Shown: positions 15,977 to 24,993 of the stretch, piece after piece
How positions within the stretch are numbered: position 1 is the stretch's first letter
Layout of the letters: each line of letters starts with the position of its first letter
From: an uncultured Candidatus Saccharibacteria bacterium
Lineage (GTDB): Bacteria > Patescibacteriota > CPR2 > UBA1875 > CAIMLA01
Direction: 5' to 3'
DNA length: 25,132 bases
Assembly (NCBI GenBank): GCA_964593075.1
Contig: CAZQGP010000121.1
Coordinates: 1 to 25,132, forward strand
The notes under the pieces: model-generated
The model's database searches: none
What the model was told of the DNA's origin: nothing
The model's input: the letters and a program-made list of their open reading frames with translations, nothing else
Made by a program: the position numbers and the translations under genes

Positions 15977-16092
15977 TAAAGATAGTTAATAAGTTTATAT
16001 CACAAAAGATTATTAAAAAAATTCGGTTGAGGTTGCATGATCAAGTGATTTGTGCATAAATGGCTTTACTTGGCCAAAACATAAAAGGATAG

Positions 16093-18159
16093 ATGGTAGA
16101 TAAAGAAAAGAAAAATACATATGACGCTTCGTCGATTCAAGTTCTAGAAGGCCTTCAAGCAGTAAGGAAACGCCCCGGAATGTATATTGGGGGGACGGGG
16201 GCGGCTGGTTTACATCATTTGATCTGGGAAGTCGTTGATAATGCTATAGACGAAGCTATGGCTGGTTTTTGTGACAACATTGAAGTTGTCATGTATAAAG
16301 ATGGGAGTGTCTCTGTTTCTGACAACGGTCGTGGTATTCCGGTTGATCGACAAAAACAAACCGGTAAAAGTGCACTAGAAACTGTTTTAACTGTTCTACA
16401 TGCTGGAGGAAAATTTGGAGGTTCTGGCTATAAAGTATCTGGTGGTTTACATGGGGTTGGTGTATCGGTTGTTAATGCTCTTTCGTCCTATGTAAAAGCT
16501 GAAGTATTCAGAGACGGCAAGGCTTGGGTTCAGGAGTTCAAAAATGGCGGAGAACCGATTGGCTCAATCAAGAATGTAGGACAATCAACTAGAACCGGGA
16601 CAACAATTACTTTTCTCCCCGATAAAGAAGTTTTTGATACGGTAGAATTTAGTTTTCCCGTTGTTTTGGATCGTCTTCGACAGCAATCATATTTAACTAA
16701 AGGCACGAAGGTCAAGCTTATTGACGAAACCACAAACCAATCTTATGCTTTCTATTTTGAAGGCGGGATTAAGTCTTATGTCGATCATTTAAATCATACA
16801 AAACAGAAGATAAATGAGCCAATTTTTTATGTTGAAAAAGCCGTTGAAAACACGAATGTTGAAATAGCAATTCAATATACAGATGGCTATAATGAAAACG
16901 TTCAAACGTTTGCCAATAATATTCACACTCCAGAAGGCGGAACCCATTTAACCGGCTTTAGAACTTCCCTAACTCGTGTCTTAAATGATTATGCTCGAAA
17001 ATATAACTTACTTAAAGATAGCGAGGGCAATCTAACTGGCGACGACGTACGAGAAGGGTTAACTTCAGTTCTCTCTGTCAAGTTACCTAATCCCCAATTT
17101 GAAGGACAAACAAAAGCCAAGCTTGGCAATCCAGAGATTTCAAACGTTGTCTCGGGCGTCTTAAGTGAATATTTTAGCTATTATCTAGAAGAAAACCCAA
17201 ATGAAGCAAAAAAGATAATTACCAAGTGTTCGCTTTCAGCTCGAGCCAGGATGGCGGCGCGCGCGGCGCGTGATACTGTTATTCGAAAGGGAGTTCTTGA
17301 AGGCATGACCCTGCCAGGGAAATTGGCCGACTGTTCAAGCAAAAACGCCGAAATAAGCGAGCTCTATATTGTAGAGGGTGATTCAGCTGGAGGCTCAGCC
17401 AAACAAGGACGCGATCGAGTTTTTCAGGCTATTTTGCCACTTAAAGGTAAAATACTAAATGTCGAACGGGCCAGAATGGATAGAATGCTCTCAAGTGATG
17501 AAATTAAGGCTTTAATTATAGCTCTTGGTACGGGGATTGGAGAGCAATACGATTTATCTCGATTGCGTTATCATCGAATTATTATCATGACAGATGCTGA
17601 TGTTGATGGAGCCCACATTCGAACCCTACTACTTACTTTTTTCTTTCGTCAATTTCCTGACTTAATTGAAAATGGTTATATATATATCGCTCAACCTCCA
17701 CTTTATAAAATTCAGAAAGGTCGAGAAAAACTTTATGCCTATAATGATGCGGAAAAAGAAGAGATTATGCTTGACTTAGCCCAAAAGCAAAAAATAAATA
17801 CAAAGGAAAAGCCCGATGAGCTGGCTTTTTCTGTCAAGGAAATCGGATCTGAGGTGAAAACGGATGAAACTATAGATGGATCAACAGAAAACTCGAATGA
17901 AGAAACCGAAGATGAGGAAGAAGGAACAACTAAAATACCTGGCGTCTCAATTCAGCGCTACAAGGGCTTGGGTGAGATGAATCCAGAACAACTTTGGGAA
18001 ACAACGATGGACCCCGAGAATAGAGTCTTGTTAAAGGTTAATGTGTGTGATGCCGAAAAAGCCGATGAAGTCTTTAGTGTATTAATGGGAGATGATGTTG
18101 AACCACGAAAGAGATTTATCCAAACACATGCCGTGAATGTTAAGAATTTAGATATATAG
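16093..18159 (+). CDS. gyrB: DNA gyrase subunit B
   Basis: [68 protein letters not shown]. Confidence 0.99.
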   Translation: MVDKEKKNTYDASSIQVLEGLQAVRKRPGMYIGGTGAAGLHHLIWEVVDNAIDEAMAGFCDNIEVVMYKDGSVSVSDNGRGIPVDRQKQTGKSALETVLTVLHAGGKFGGSGYKVSGGLHGVGVSVVNALSSYVKAEVFRDGKAWVQEFKNGGEPIGSIKNVGQSTRTGTTITFLPDKEVFDTVEFSFPVVLDRLRQQSYLTKGTKVKLIDETTNQSYAFYFEGGIKSYVDHLNHTKQKINEPIFYVEKAVENTNVEIAIQYTDGYNENVQTFANNIHTPEGGTHLTGFRTSLTRVLNDYARKYNLLKDSEGNLTGDDVREGLTSVLSVKLPNPQFEGQTKAKLGNPEISNVVSGVLSEYFSYYLEENPNEAKKIITKCSLSARARMAARAARDTVIRKGVLEGMTLPGKLADCSSKNAEISELYIVEGDSAGGSAKQGRDRVFQAILPLKGKILNVERARMDRMLSSDEIKALIIALGTGIGEQYDLSRLRYHRIIIMTDADVDGAHIRTLLLTFFFRQFPDLIENGYIYIAQPPLYKIQKGREKLYAYNDAEKEEIMLDLAQKQKINTKEKPDELAFSVKEIGSEVKTDETIDGSTENSNEETEDEEEGTTKIPGVSIQRYKGLGEMNPEQLWETTMDPENRVLLKVNVCDAEKADEVFSVLMGDDVEPRKRFIQTHAVNVKNLDI

Positions 18160-18181
18160 AAAATTTGAAGGTTGAAAAATA

Positions 18182-20692
18182 ATGGCAAAAGACAAACAAG
18201 AGAATATCGAGAAATTACCTGGACACGAAATTGGTTATATCAAAGATCGTGATATTAACGCGGAGATGCAAGAGAGTTATCTCGATTATGCTATGAGTGT
18301 TATCGTGGCTCGGGCTCTACCTGATGTGCGCGACGGGTTGAAACCAGTTCACCGAAGAATATTGTATGCCATGAACCTTTTGGGTATTCGGTCTGGAGCA
18401 AAATATCGTAAGTCAGCGCTAATTGTTGGTGAAGTTTTAGGTAAATATCATCCACATGGAGATTTGGCTGTTTATAATTCAATGGTTCGGATGGCACAAA
18501 ATTGGGCGATGCGTTACCAGCAAGTAGATGGTCAAGGCAACTTCGGCTCAATGGACGGCGATAGTCCGGCAGCGATGCGCTATACAGAAGCCAGGATGGC
18601 AAAATATGCCGAAGAAATGCTAGCAGATCTCGATAAAGATACTGTCGATTTTGTACCAAACTATGATGGTTCACAGAAAGAGCCAGTTGTTTTGCCATCG
18701 AAGTTACCAAACCTTCTGCTTAATGGTCAAATGGGAATTGCTGTTGGTATGGCAACAAATATACCTCCACATAATTTATCAGAAGTTGTAGATGGGACAG
18801 TCTTATTGATTGATAATCCTGACGCGACAGTTGAAGATATTATGCAGCATATTAAAGGTCCAGACTTTCCGACTGGGGCCACGATCTTTAATGTAGATGA
18901 GATTAAACAGGCATATGCGACGGGCAAGGGGAAGGTCATGATGAAAGCTGTGGCCGAGATAGAAGAAAATAAAAAAGGCGATCAGCAAATAATTATTTCA
19001 GAACTACCCTACCAGGTGAATAAAGCCGACCTAATCAGTAAGATGGCTGATTTGGTTAAAGAAAAGAAAATTGTTGGCGTCTCTGATATCCGAGATGAAT
19101 CAGATCGGAAAAAATCAGTCCGCGTTGTATTGGATCTCAAGAAAGATGCATATGCGAATAAGATCTTGAACCAACTCTACAAATTGACACCGATGCAAAG
19201 TTCTTTTGGTGTTAATATGATTGCCCTGATTGACGGAATTCAGCCTCGAGTTCTTACCCTAAAAACAATCTTGGAAGAATTTATTAAACATCGATTGGTG
19301 GTAACAACACGACGTAGTCAGTTTGAATTAAAAAAAGCTAAAGATCGGGCCCATATTCTTGAGGGGTTAATCATTGCCTTAGACAATATCGATGAAGTAA
19401 TCCAGACGATTAAAAAGAGTAATAATTCTGATGATGCCAAAATTAATTTAATTAAGAAATTTAATTTTTCTGAACTTCAGGCGCTTGCGATTCTCGCCAT
19501 GCAACTTAGAACATTAGCAGGACTTGAGCGGAAGAAAATTGAAGACGAATATGCCGAGTTGCAAAAGTTAATTACCTTTCTAGAAGATTTGTTAGCACAT
19601 GAGGAAAAAATTCTAGAAATGATAAAACAAGAACTCTTGGAACTTAAAACAAAATATGGAGACGAGAGAAGAACAAAGATATTCGCGCATTCACTAGATA
19701 AGTTTAACGAAGAGGACTTGATTCCAAATGAAGCAGTTATTGTTACCCTAACTAATGGTGGTTATATTAAACGAATTTTATGCTCAACTTATCGATCGCA
19801 GGGCCGGGGAGGGAAGGGGGTAACCGGAACATCTCTCAAGGAAGAAGATGTTGTGATGCAACTTGTGCCAACCAGTAATCATGATAATCTACTACTATTT
19901 ACGAATATGGGACGAGTTTTTCAGATTAAGGTTTGGGAGATACCAATGGCTTCTAGGATCGCTAAAGGCACCCCCGTTATCAACTTGATTCAACTTGCTC
20001 CTGAAGAAAAAGTCGCAGTTCTTGTGGCCTTAGAAAAGTTTAATGACGATAAATTCCTAATCATGTCTACAAAACAAGGGACTATTAAGAAAACACCAGT
20101 TTCGGCTTTTGCCAATATTCGAAAGACGGGGATTATAGCAATCGGTTTGGATAAAAAAGACGAGCTGAAGTGGGTCAAAGAAACAACCGGCAAAGATGAA
20201 ATAATCATGGCGACAGCCCATAGTCTAGCAATTAGATTCAAGGAATCTGACGTTAGACCTATGGGGAGATCAGCTCGGGGAGTTAGGGCCATGAGACTTA
20301 AAAAAGCCGACGAAGTGGTAGGGATGGACGTAATCATTCCCGATGGAGAACTCCTGGTTATCATGGCAAATGGTTATGGCAAAAGAACAAACTTAAATCA
20401 ATTTACATTGCATCATCGTGGAGGCGTAGGGATTAAGATAGGGGTTGTGACAACCAAGACCGGCAAAACAATCGACGTTAGAGTTATCCCCACCTCGACT
20501 GACGATGCTGTTATTGTCTCAGCTCAGGGCCAAGTAATTAGGGTTCCATTATCAACAATCTCAAAAATCGGACGCGCTACTCAAGGTGTTAGAATTATGC
20601 GCATGGCTGAAAATGATACGGTCGCATCCGTAGCCTGTATTAACGAGGCAGCGATAGAGGAATGCGAAATTCCTGAGGAAAACATAGTTTAA
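18182..20692 (+). CDS. gyrA: DNA gyrase subunit A
   Basis: [31 protein letters not shown] (catalytic Tyr), GyrA-box QGRGGKG (argues against ParC), C-terminal pinwheel repeats. Confidence 0.99.
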   Translation: MAKDKQENIEKLPGHEIGYIKDRDINAEMQESYLDYAMSVIVARALPDVRDGLKPVHRRILYAMNLLGIRSGAKYRKSALIVGEVLGKYHPHGDLAVYNSMVRMAQNWAMRYQQVDGQGNFGSMDGDSPAAMRYTEARMAKYAEEMLADLDKDTVDFVPNYDGSQKEPVVLPSKLPNLLLNGQMGIAVGMATNIPPHNLSEVVDGTVLLIDNPDATVEDIMQHIKGPDFPTGATIFNVDEIKQAYATGKGKVMMKAVAEIEENKKGDQQIIISELPYQVNKADLISKMADLVKEKKIVGVSDIRDESDRKKSVRVVLDLKKDAYANKILNQLYKLTPMQSSFGVNMIALIDGIQPRVLTLKTILEEFIKHRLVVTTRRSQFELKKAKDRAHILEGLIIALDNIDEVIQTIKKSNNSDDAKINLIKKFNFSELQALAILAMQLRTLAGLERKKIEDEYAELQKLITFLEDLLAHEEKILEMIKQELLELKTKYGDERRTKIFAHSLDKFNEEDLIPNEAVIVTLTNGGYIKRILCSTYRSQGRGGKGVTGTSLKEEDVVMQLVPTSNHDNLLLFTNMGRVFQIKVWEIPMASRIAKGTPVINLIQLAPEEKVAVLVALEKFNDDKFLIMSTKQGTIKKTPVSAFANIRKTGIIAIGLDKKDELKWVKETTGKDEIIMATAHSLAIRFKESDVRPMGRSARGVRAMRLKKADEVVGMDVIIPDGELLVIMANGYGKRTNLNQFTLHHRGGVGIKIGVVTTKTGKTIDVRVIPTSTDDAVIVSAQGQVIRVPLSTISKIGRATQGVRIMRMAENDTVASVACINEAAIEECEIPEENIV

Positions 20693-20715
20693 TTTAATTA
20701 TCGCTTTACAAGATG

Positions 20716-20724
20716 TGATATAAT
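20716..20724 (+). promoter_or_regulatory. Extended -10 element upstream of the small-ORF cluster
   Basis: TGaTATAAT, with no well-spaced -35. Confidence 0.4.
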
Positions 20725-21050
20725 ATATAAGTAAATATTTCTTATATTAAATTTGTAAACAAAATAAAATACATAAATCTCTAAGTTAGTTATTAAGCAT
20801 TTTGGCAAGAGGATAGGCACGTCAACTTTTGTAGCGCTTTACTAAGCGTAAGAGCAAGCACGAAAAAAACAGAAACTATTGTGACGGTTATTCTATGACT
20901 CAAAATAAGGAAAACAAAAGCGTTAGATGCAGTTATAGATACTGTACTTTCTTGCACCCCAAAGATGCGAAGGCAAAACGGTGGAAAAGGGGTTCAGAGA
21001 GTTCTCAGCTTTATAGAATAAAGTATTTAATAAAAGAAAGGAGGTGAAAA

Positions 21051-21248
21051 ATGTTAAGAAAACTAAAGTATATACCCAAAGAACATCTTGTTACTAAGTT
21101 CTCTCAACTAACGGGGATGAGCTATGAAGCCGCTGAGAGACTTGCTAATCGTGAAGGGATTGAAATCTTGGCTGATTACATTGAAGCATATCTATTAATT
21201 CCGCCACGTCAATTTCACAACAAGAAAACATTTGCGAATCGATATTGA
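21051..21248 (+). CDS. Small hypothetical protein (65 aa)
   Basis: GAAAGGAGGTGA directly upstream of the ATG. Confidence 0.75.
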   Translation: MLRKLKYIPKEHLVTKFSQLTGMSYEAAERLANREGIEILADYIEAYLLIPPRQFHNKKTFANRY

Positions 21249-21326
21249 CTAGTCTAGTACAGGGCACAGAGCGGTTATTAGAAAATGGGTTACGAAGTAG
21301 TTGAAATTATTAATAAGGAGGTGGAA

Positions 21327-21476
21327 ATGGAATCGATACATAGACAACCGAGAAAAGAAGTCATGAGGATGGGCTCTCATGAAATGGAAAAACAGATAAG
21401 AAATATTCGTAGGAAAAACTTTCAGATGAAAAAATGGATAAAAAACTACTATGAACTTTCTGAAACAAGACAATAA
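21327..21476 (+). CDS. Small basic hypothetical protein (49 aa)
   Basis: TAAGGAGGTG (21314-21323) before ATG 21327, preferred over 21285. Confidence 0.6.
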   Translation: MESIHRQPRKEVMRMGSHEMEKQIRNIRRKNFQMKKWIKNYYELSETRQ

Positions 21477-21499
21477 TAAAGGTAAAGGAGGTGATAAAC

Positions 21500-21706
21500 A
21501 TGGAATGGCAAAACGAAACAGTCGAGCACTTACGAAGTCACGTGGAACCCATGCTACCAGCCCTAGGATCTGAGATTAGCGCAGTCTGCAATATGATGGA
21601 AGATGTCCCAGAACAAGATAGAGATGTGATTATTTCCAGACTCACAGGAGAGAAAAACTATGACACACTGGATGATATTTTGGCTGACATTAATGAAGAA
21701 GATTAA
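21500..21706 (+). CDS. Small acidic protein (68 aa), loosely DUF2795-like
   Basis: AAAGGAGGTGAT (21484-21495) before ATG 21500. Pattern HL..H...PA...EI...CN.M.D....R...Y.T.DDIL recalls DUF2795-like mini-proteins (recollection only). Confidence 0.75.
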   Translation: MEWQNETVEHLRSHVEPMLPALGSEISAVCNMMEDVPEQDRDVIISRLTGEKNYDTLDDILADINEED

Positions 21707-21836
21707 TAGAGTTAAAGCAAATGAAAGAAATTAAGTAGCATGAGTATAATAGTAGGAATATGATCAGGAAGAAATTTTGCCGGTCATATTCCTTAGATTA
21801 TAAAAAACTTTTTGATAAGTGGGCTAAATGTAATAG

Positions 21837-21882
21837 AATAATAAATGAGCTATTCATGAACTTGAATAGCTCATTTATTATT
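21837..21882. terminator. Perfect 20-bp inverted repeat, probable bidirectional terminator
   Basis: AATAATAAATGAGCTATTCA (21837-21856), loop TGAACT, TGAATAGCTCATTTATTATT (21863-21882). Confidence 0.7.
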
Positions 21883-21887
21883 TGCAT

Positions 21888-21929
21888 AAAAAAGGCACTG
21901 CCTTCTTCCACTCTTTTGTAAGACGTGCC
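21888..21929 (-). terminator. Minus-strand hairpin with U-tract
   Basis: Minus strand GGCAC-GTCTT, 15-nt loop, AAGGC-A-GTGCC, then T6. The internal G-U pair forms only on the minus strand. Confidence 0.45.
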
Positions 21930-22053
21930 AATTTATATAAGTAAGACAACTGAGTTAAACTATATTTAAAATAATCCTTAAATGTTTAAGACTGTTATTT
22001 TGTTGTAACAAGTATAATATATAGATTAGTAGTCAAAAGAAAGTCTTTTTAAT

Positions 22054-22614
22054 ATGACAAATTTCTTTACAAATTTTTACCATGAATGGCTCTATCTTCC
22101 CTTTATCTCTTTAATAAATTTTCTTGAAAGCGATATAGCTTGGCTTGCAGTATTAATTGTCGTTTTCTTTGTCTTGGTTAACATAAAAGGCAAAATCGAT
22201 AAACGGAACTTAAGCGAAAATAAAATAAATAATAAAGTGATTCCAAAGTTGATAAGTTTGCTTACATTTATTATTGTGGCTCTTATATTAATAGTTTCAT
22301 ATAGCCGTTTTGGTCCCGCCATCATAAAATTTTATAAATCGAGTGAATCCAAACAATCACCGACACAAATAACAGAACCAAAAACCAAAACCAACCCTGA
22401 GATTCAGAGCCCCACGACACAACAAACCCTACCAACCTACGAGGAGCCAAAGAGGATGTATTATTCTATAGACTGCTCTGGTTGTTGGGCTGAGGGATGC
22501 CCTAACAGTGGCTATAATTATAGCGGCTATGATTCATACTATTACACATATTACACGGCTCTTTGTCGAGCCTGCAGTTGTAACAGCTTAAATGGGCGAT
22601 CTTTCTGGAAGTGA
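22054..22614 (+). CDS. Hypothetical membrane protein with Cys/Tyr-rich C-terminal domain
   Basis: Two TM helices around a Lys-rich loop, P/T/Q linker, CxxC-x4-C...CxxCxC. Confidence 0.8.
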   Translation: MTNFFTNFYHEWLYLPFISLINFLESDIAWLAVLIVVFFVLVNIKGKIDKRNLSENKINNKVIPKLISLLTFIIVALILIVSYSRFGPAIIKFYKSSESKQSPTQITEPKTKTNPEIQSPTTQQTLPTYEEPKRMYYSIDCSGCWAEGCPNSGYNYSGYDSYYYTYYTALCRACSCNSLNGRSFWK

Positions 22615-22720
22615 GTTAGGGGTAAATATTTGGAATCCGAGAAGTATTCATTTGTAATAATCGACTGAAGAGGATTATAATTACTATATTAAGAATGCTA
22701 AAAACAAAAGAGAGGTAATT

Positions 22721-23611
22721 ATGGCAGACGAAAAAACAGAACCAGATAAAGTAGAAATGATTCCAGAAGACGAAGTCAGGGTTGAAGAACCAAAAGTTGA
22801 TGAAGTTAAACCTGCACAAGAACCAACAATAAACACCCCTGAAAAGAAATCAAATACTGGCAAGAAAGTGTTGATAGGTTGTGGCATAGGTTGTGGGGCT
22901 ATATTCTTTATATTTGTGATTTTAATAGTCTTGATTTTTGTCATTGGTGGATCGCAAGTAAAATTAAAAGATTACGTTAACAGTAGCACAGAAATGTATA
23001 ATGCTACTCAAAAGTCTTTAGAAAATGTATCGACTGAGAGCATCACAGAAACAAAGGCAAATTTTAAGAAGCTCGAAACTCAATCAGGAGATAATATCTC
23101 TGAACTTGAAAAAACAAAAACACCAAGCGAAGCAAAACAATTAAAGGCTGATTTGATAGAATATTATACAATTACAAAGAAAATGTCAGCTGGGTATATT
23201 TCGGTCTACGATCTATTGGATAAAATTGATAGAGTCGCAACTGGCTTTAATGGTGTAACAATTGACAATTCGTCATTTGAGGCTCAAGCCAGCTCACTTA
23301 GGGCGTTAAAAAAGACACTTGATCCAATTGTGATAGAGGTCGATTCTATGAGTGTTCCAAGTGAAGTTTCTACAAATCATAATACATTGAAGATGTATTA
23401 TAAAAACTTTTCGACTGCTCTAGATAAAGCAATCCTTGGCTCTGACACAAAAGATTCAGCCGTTGTTACTGCCGCAAAAGTTGATATGACTACTGCCATG
23501 GATGGGCTTCAAACCGCCTTTACCATCGACACTCTTTATAAGACTGAAATCGAGAGGGCAACAACCCTAGAAAAAGACATTCAAGCTCAAATTACAGAAT
23601 TAAGTAAATAG
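22721..23611 (+). CDS. Hypothetical single-pass membrane protein with helical ectodomain
   Basis: GAGG SD, acidic E/P/K N-terminal tail, KKVLIGCGIGCG plus TM, amphipathic helices. Confidence 0.85.
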   Translation: MADEKTEPDKVEMIPEDEVRVEEPKVDEVKPAQEPTINTPEKKSNTGKKVLIGCGIGCGAIFFIFVILIVLIFVIGGSQVKLKDYVNSSTEMYNATQKSLENVSTESITETKANFKKLETQSGDNISELEKTKTPSEAKQLKADLIEYYTITKKMSAGYISVYDLLDKIDRVATGFNGVTIDNSSFEAQASSLRALKKTLDPIVIEVDSMSVPSEVSTNHNTLKMYYKNFSTALDKAILGSDTKDSAVVTAAKVDMTTAMDGLQTAFTIDTLYKTEIERATTLEKDIQAQITELSK

Positions 23612-23706
23612 GCACAATAGATAAACAGTAACCCAAAAGACAACAGGTAATGCCTCAAGTATTTATTGTGTATTATTATATTAATATTTGATTCCATTAA
23701 AAAATA

Positions 23707-23735
23707 TTGACTTATGGCTTGTAAAAAGGTATAAT
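23707..23735 (+). promoter_or_regulatory. Near-consensus sigma70 promoter
   Basis: TTGACT (23707-23712), 17 bp, TATAAT (23730-23735). Confidence 0.75.
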
Positions 23736-23771
23736 ACATCATCAGTTACATTACTACAATGAGGACGGAAA

Positions 23772-24401
23772 ATGAATAAATGGTTGGGTTGTTTGCTGAT
23801 TATAATAGTCTTTGCAAGCTTTAGTCAAAGTGCGTTTGCTCAAGACTCTTTTAATAATGATTTTTTTAAACCAATCGAAGTAAAGCCAAAAACAATACCA
23901 ACACCACCCTCTACACCAATCACAGTCCCAACCCCGGTTCCAGTCCCTGCACCAACTCCGCCTGTTAACCCTCAGTCAGTTGAGTCGAGTCCTGATCCAC
24001 AGGTAGCTGAAGGATTAATTACGTCAAATCAACTAACAAGTTATGAGTGTGCATATTGGTGGCAGATTGCTTTATGTTTTGCCGTACTAATGATTATATT
24101 TATGGTCGTAACAAAGATTTGGCCAAAATATTTTAAACACTTTAATGGGCTTTCATTGCTACTGATCCCTATTATTAGTGGCATACTTACTTGGAAGCTT
24201 CATCAATATATTCACTACGATTTAAAAAAATATGATAATGCTTTCCTTTGTTTTAATTACTGGTTTGTAATGGGTTTTGAGGTCATTTATTTTTGTCTGA
24301 TATTTCTTTTGGTTTATGGTTTTGTTGGCATAAAAATGCCTAAATCTAAAAGTAAAAAAAATAAGCAAAAGATAAAAAAGAAGAGCCCGCCAAAGCATTA
24401 A
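23772..24401 (+). CDS. Hypothetical membrane protein (signal peptide, Pro-rich stalk, 3 TM, basic tail)
   Basis: AFA-Q cleavage-like site, PTPP/PVP repeats, three hydrophobic helices, Lys-rich C-terminus. Confidence 0.85.
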   Translation: MNKWLGCLLIIIVFASFSQSAFAQDSFNNDFFKPIEVKPKTIPTPPSTPITVPTPVPVPAPTPPVNPQSVESSPDPQVAEGLITSNQLTSYECAYWWQIALCFAVLMIIFMVVTKIWPKYFKHFNGLSLLLIPIISGILTWKLHQYIHYDLKKYDNAFLCFNYWFVMGFEVIYFCLIFLLVYGFVGIKMPKSKSKKNKQKIKKKSPPKH

Positions 24402-24413
24402 TGCTGTGGCGGG
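24386..24413 (-). terminator. GC-rich hairpin between convergent genes
   Basis: CCCGCCA-A-AGCAT / ATGCT-G-TGGCGGG. On the minus strand it is followed by CTCTTCTTTTTT. Confidence 0.65.
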
Positions 24414-24451
24414 ATTGTGTGTTTAGGTTTGTGTCTAAGCTTTAGGTATTA

Positions 24452-24793
24452 CTACCAGGAATTTATCGACACAGTCTTGTCTTTTTGGGCTGCGTAGATA
24501 TAGGATTTGTCGTAGATGTGTCCTGCATAGATTCTGTAGATTCTACCAAGAACAAAACCCTCCTCATAACCGAGGATTTCCTCATCGTCGGTAACTTCGA
24601 TGGTAAAACCATCTTCGAAGGTAAGTTGCCAACGAGGGCTACTACCCCAACTGCTCTGTTGGAGATACCTAGCGTCGACCAGCACTCCTTCATGCAAGAC
24701 TTCATCCTTAGATGAATTGAGTTTCTCACCACAACCACCGACAAACACTGCAATGGCAATGATAATGAAACTGATGACAACAACTTTTCTCAT
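24452..24793 (-). CDS. Putative lipoprotein (113 aa)
   Basis: GGAGGAG SD before ATG 24793 (not 24886). MRK, hydrophobic stretch, lipobox-like VGGC, beta-rich mature part. Confidence 0.75.
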   Translation of the reverse strand: MRKVVVISFIIIAIAVFVGGCGEKLNSSKDEVLHEGVLVDARYLQQSSWGSSPRWQLTFEDGFTIEVTDDEEILGYEEGFVLGRIYRIYAGHIYDKSYIYAAQKDKTVSINSW

Positions 24794-24842
24794 TCTCTCC
24801 TCCAAGGTTAAGTTGTGTCTTATTACCCAAAAGCTAGAAACT

Positions 24843-24870
24843 AATATAACACAAAAAAATATATTGTCAA
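24843..24870 (-). promoter_or_regulatory. Sigma70 promoter for the lipoprotein gene
   Basis: Minus strand TTGACA (24870-24865), 16 bp ending TGt, TATATT (24848-24843). Confidence 0.6.
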
Positions 24871-24993
24871 TAATAGCAGAATACAACCTGTATAAGTCTC
24901 GAGCATCTTGGACACATTCATCTAAAATTTAAGTAATTAATAATTATTTATTGGGAAAATCTATCCTAGAAATTAACAAAAATTATGAGATTG

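Noticed and set aside
20790..21033. RNase P RNA, tmRNA, T-box or cyclic dinucleotide riboswitch
   Set aside because: Diagnostic conserved sequences (GAGGAAAGUCC, tRNA-like ends, T-box bulge, GEMM GACGCAAA) are absent or out of order.
20816..21929. 8-bp inverted repeat GGCACGTC/GACGTGCC flanking the micro-ORF cassette as MITE ends
   Set aside because: It does not extend beyond 8 bp, no direct repeats flank it, and the right copy is explained by a local hairpin.
100..24932. Short overlapping ORFs in the track (e.g. 100-324, 5894-6268, 18300-18710, 19990-20364, 22092-22325, 24600-24932)
   Set aside because: They are antisense or alternate-frame shadows of well-supported genes, without SD sites or recognisable motifs.
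24966..24993. dif/xrs-like site next to the IS end (…ATTAA-CAAAAA-TTATG…)
   Set aside because: Some IS1202-family members target Xer sites, but the arms match XerC/XerD consensus poorly in the 6-bp-spacer register and no spacer duplication separates it from the IS.
141..24993. Window as a circular element containing a single IS
   Set aside because: The inner flanks share no target duplication and the cargo is essential chromosomal genes. Two chromosomal copies is simpler.
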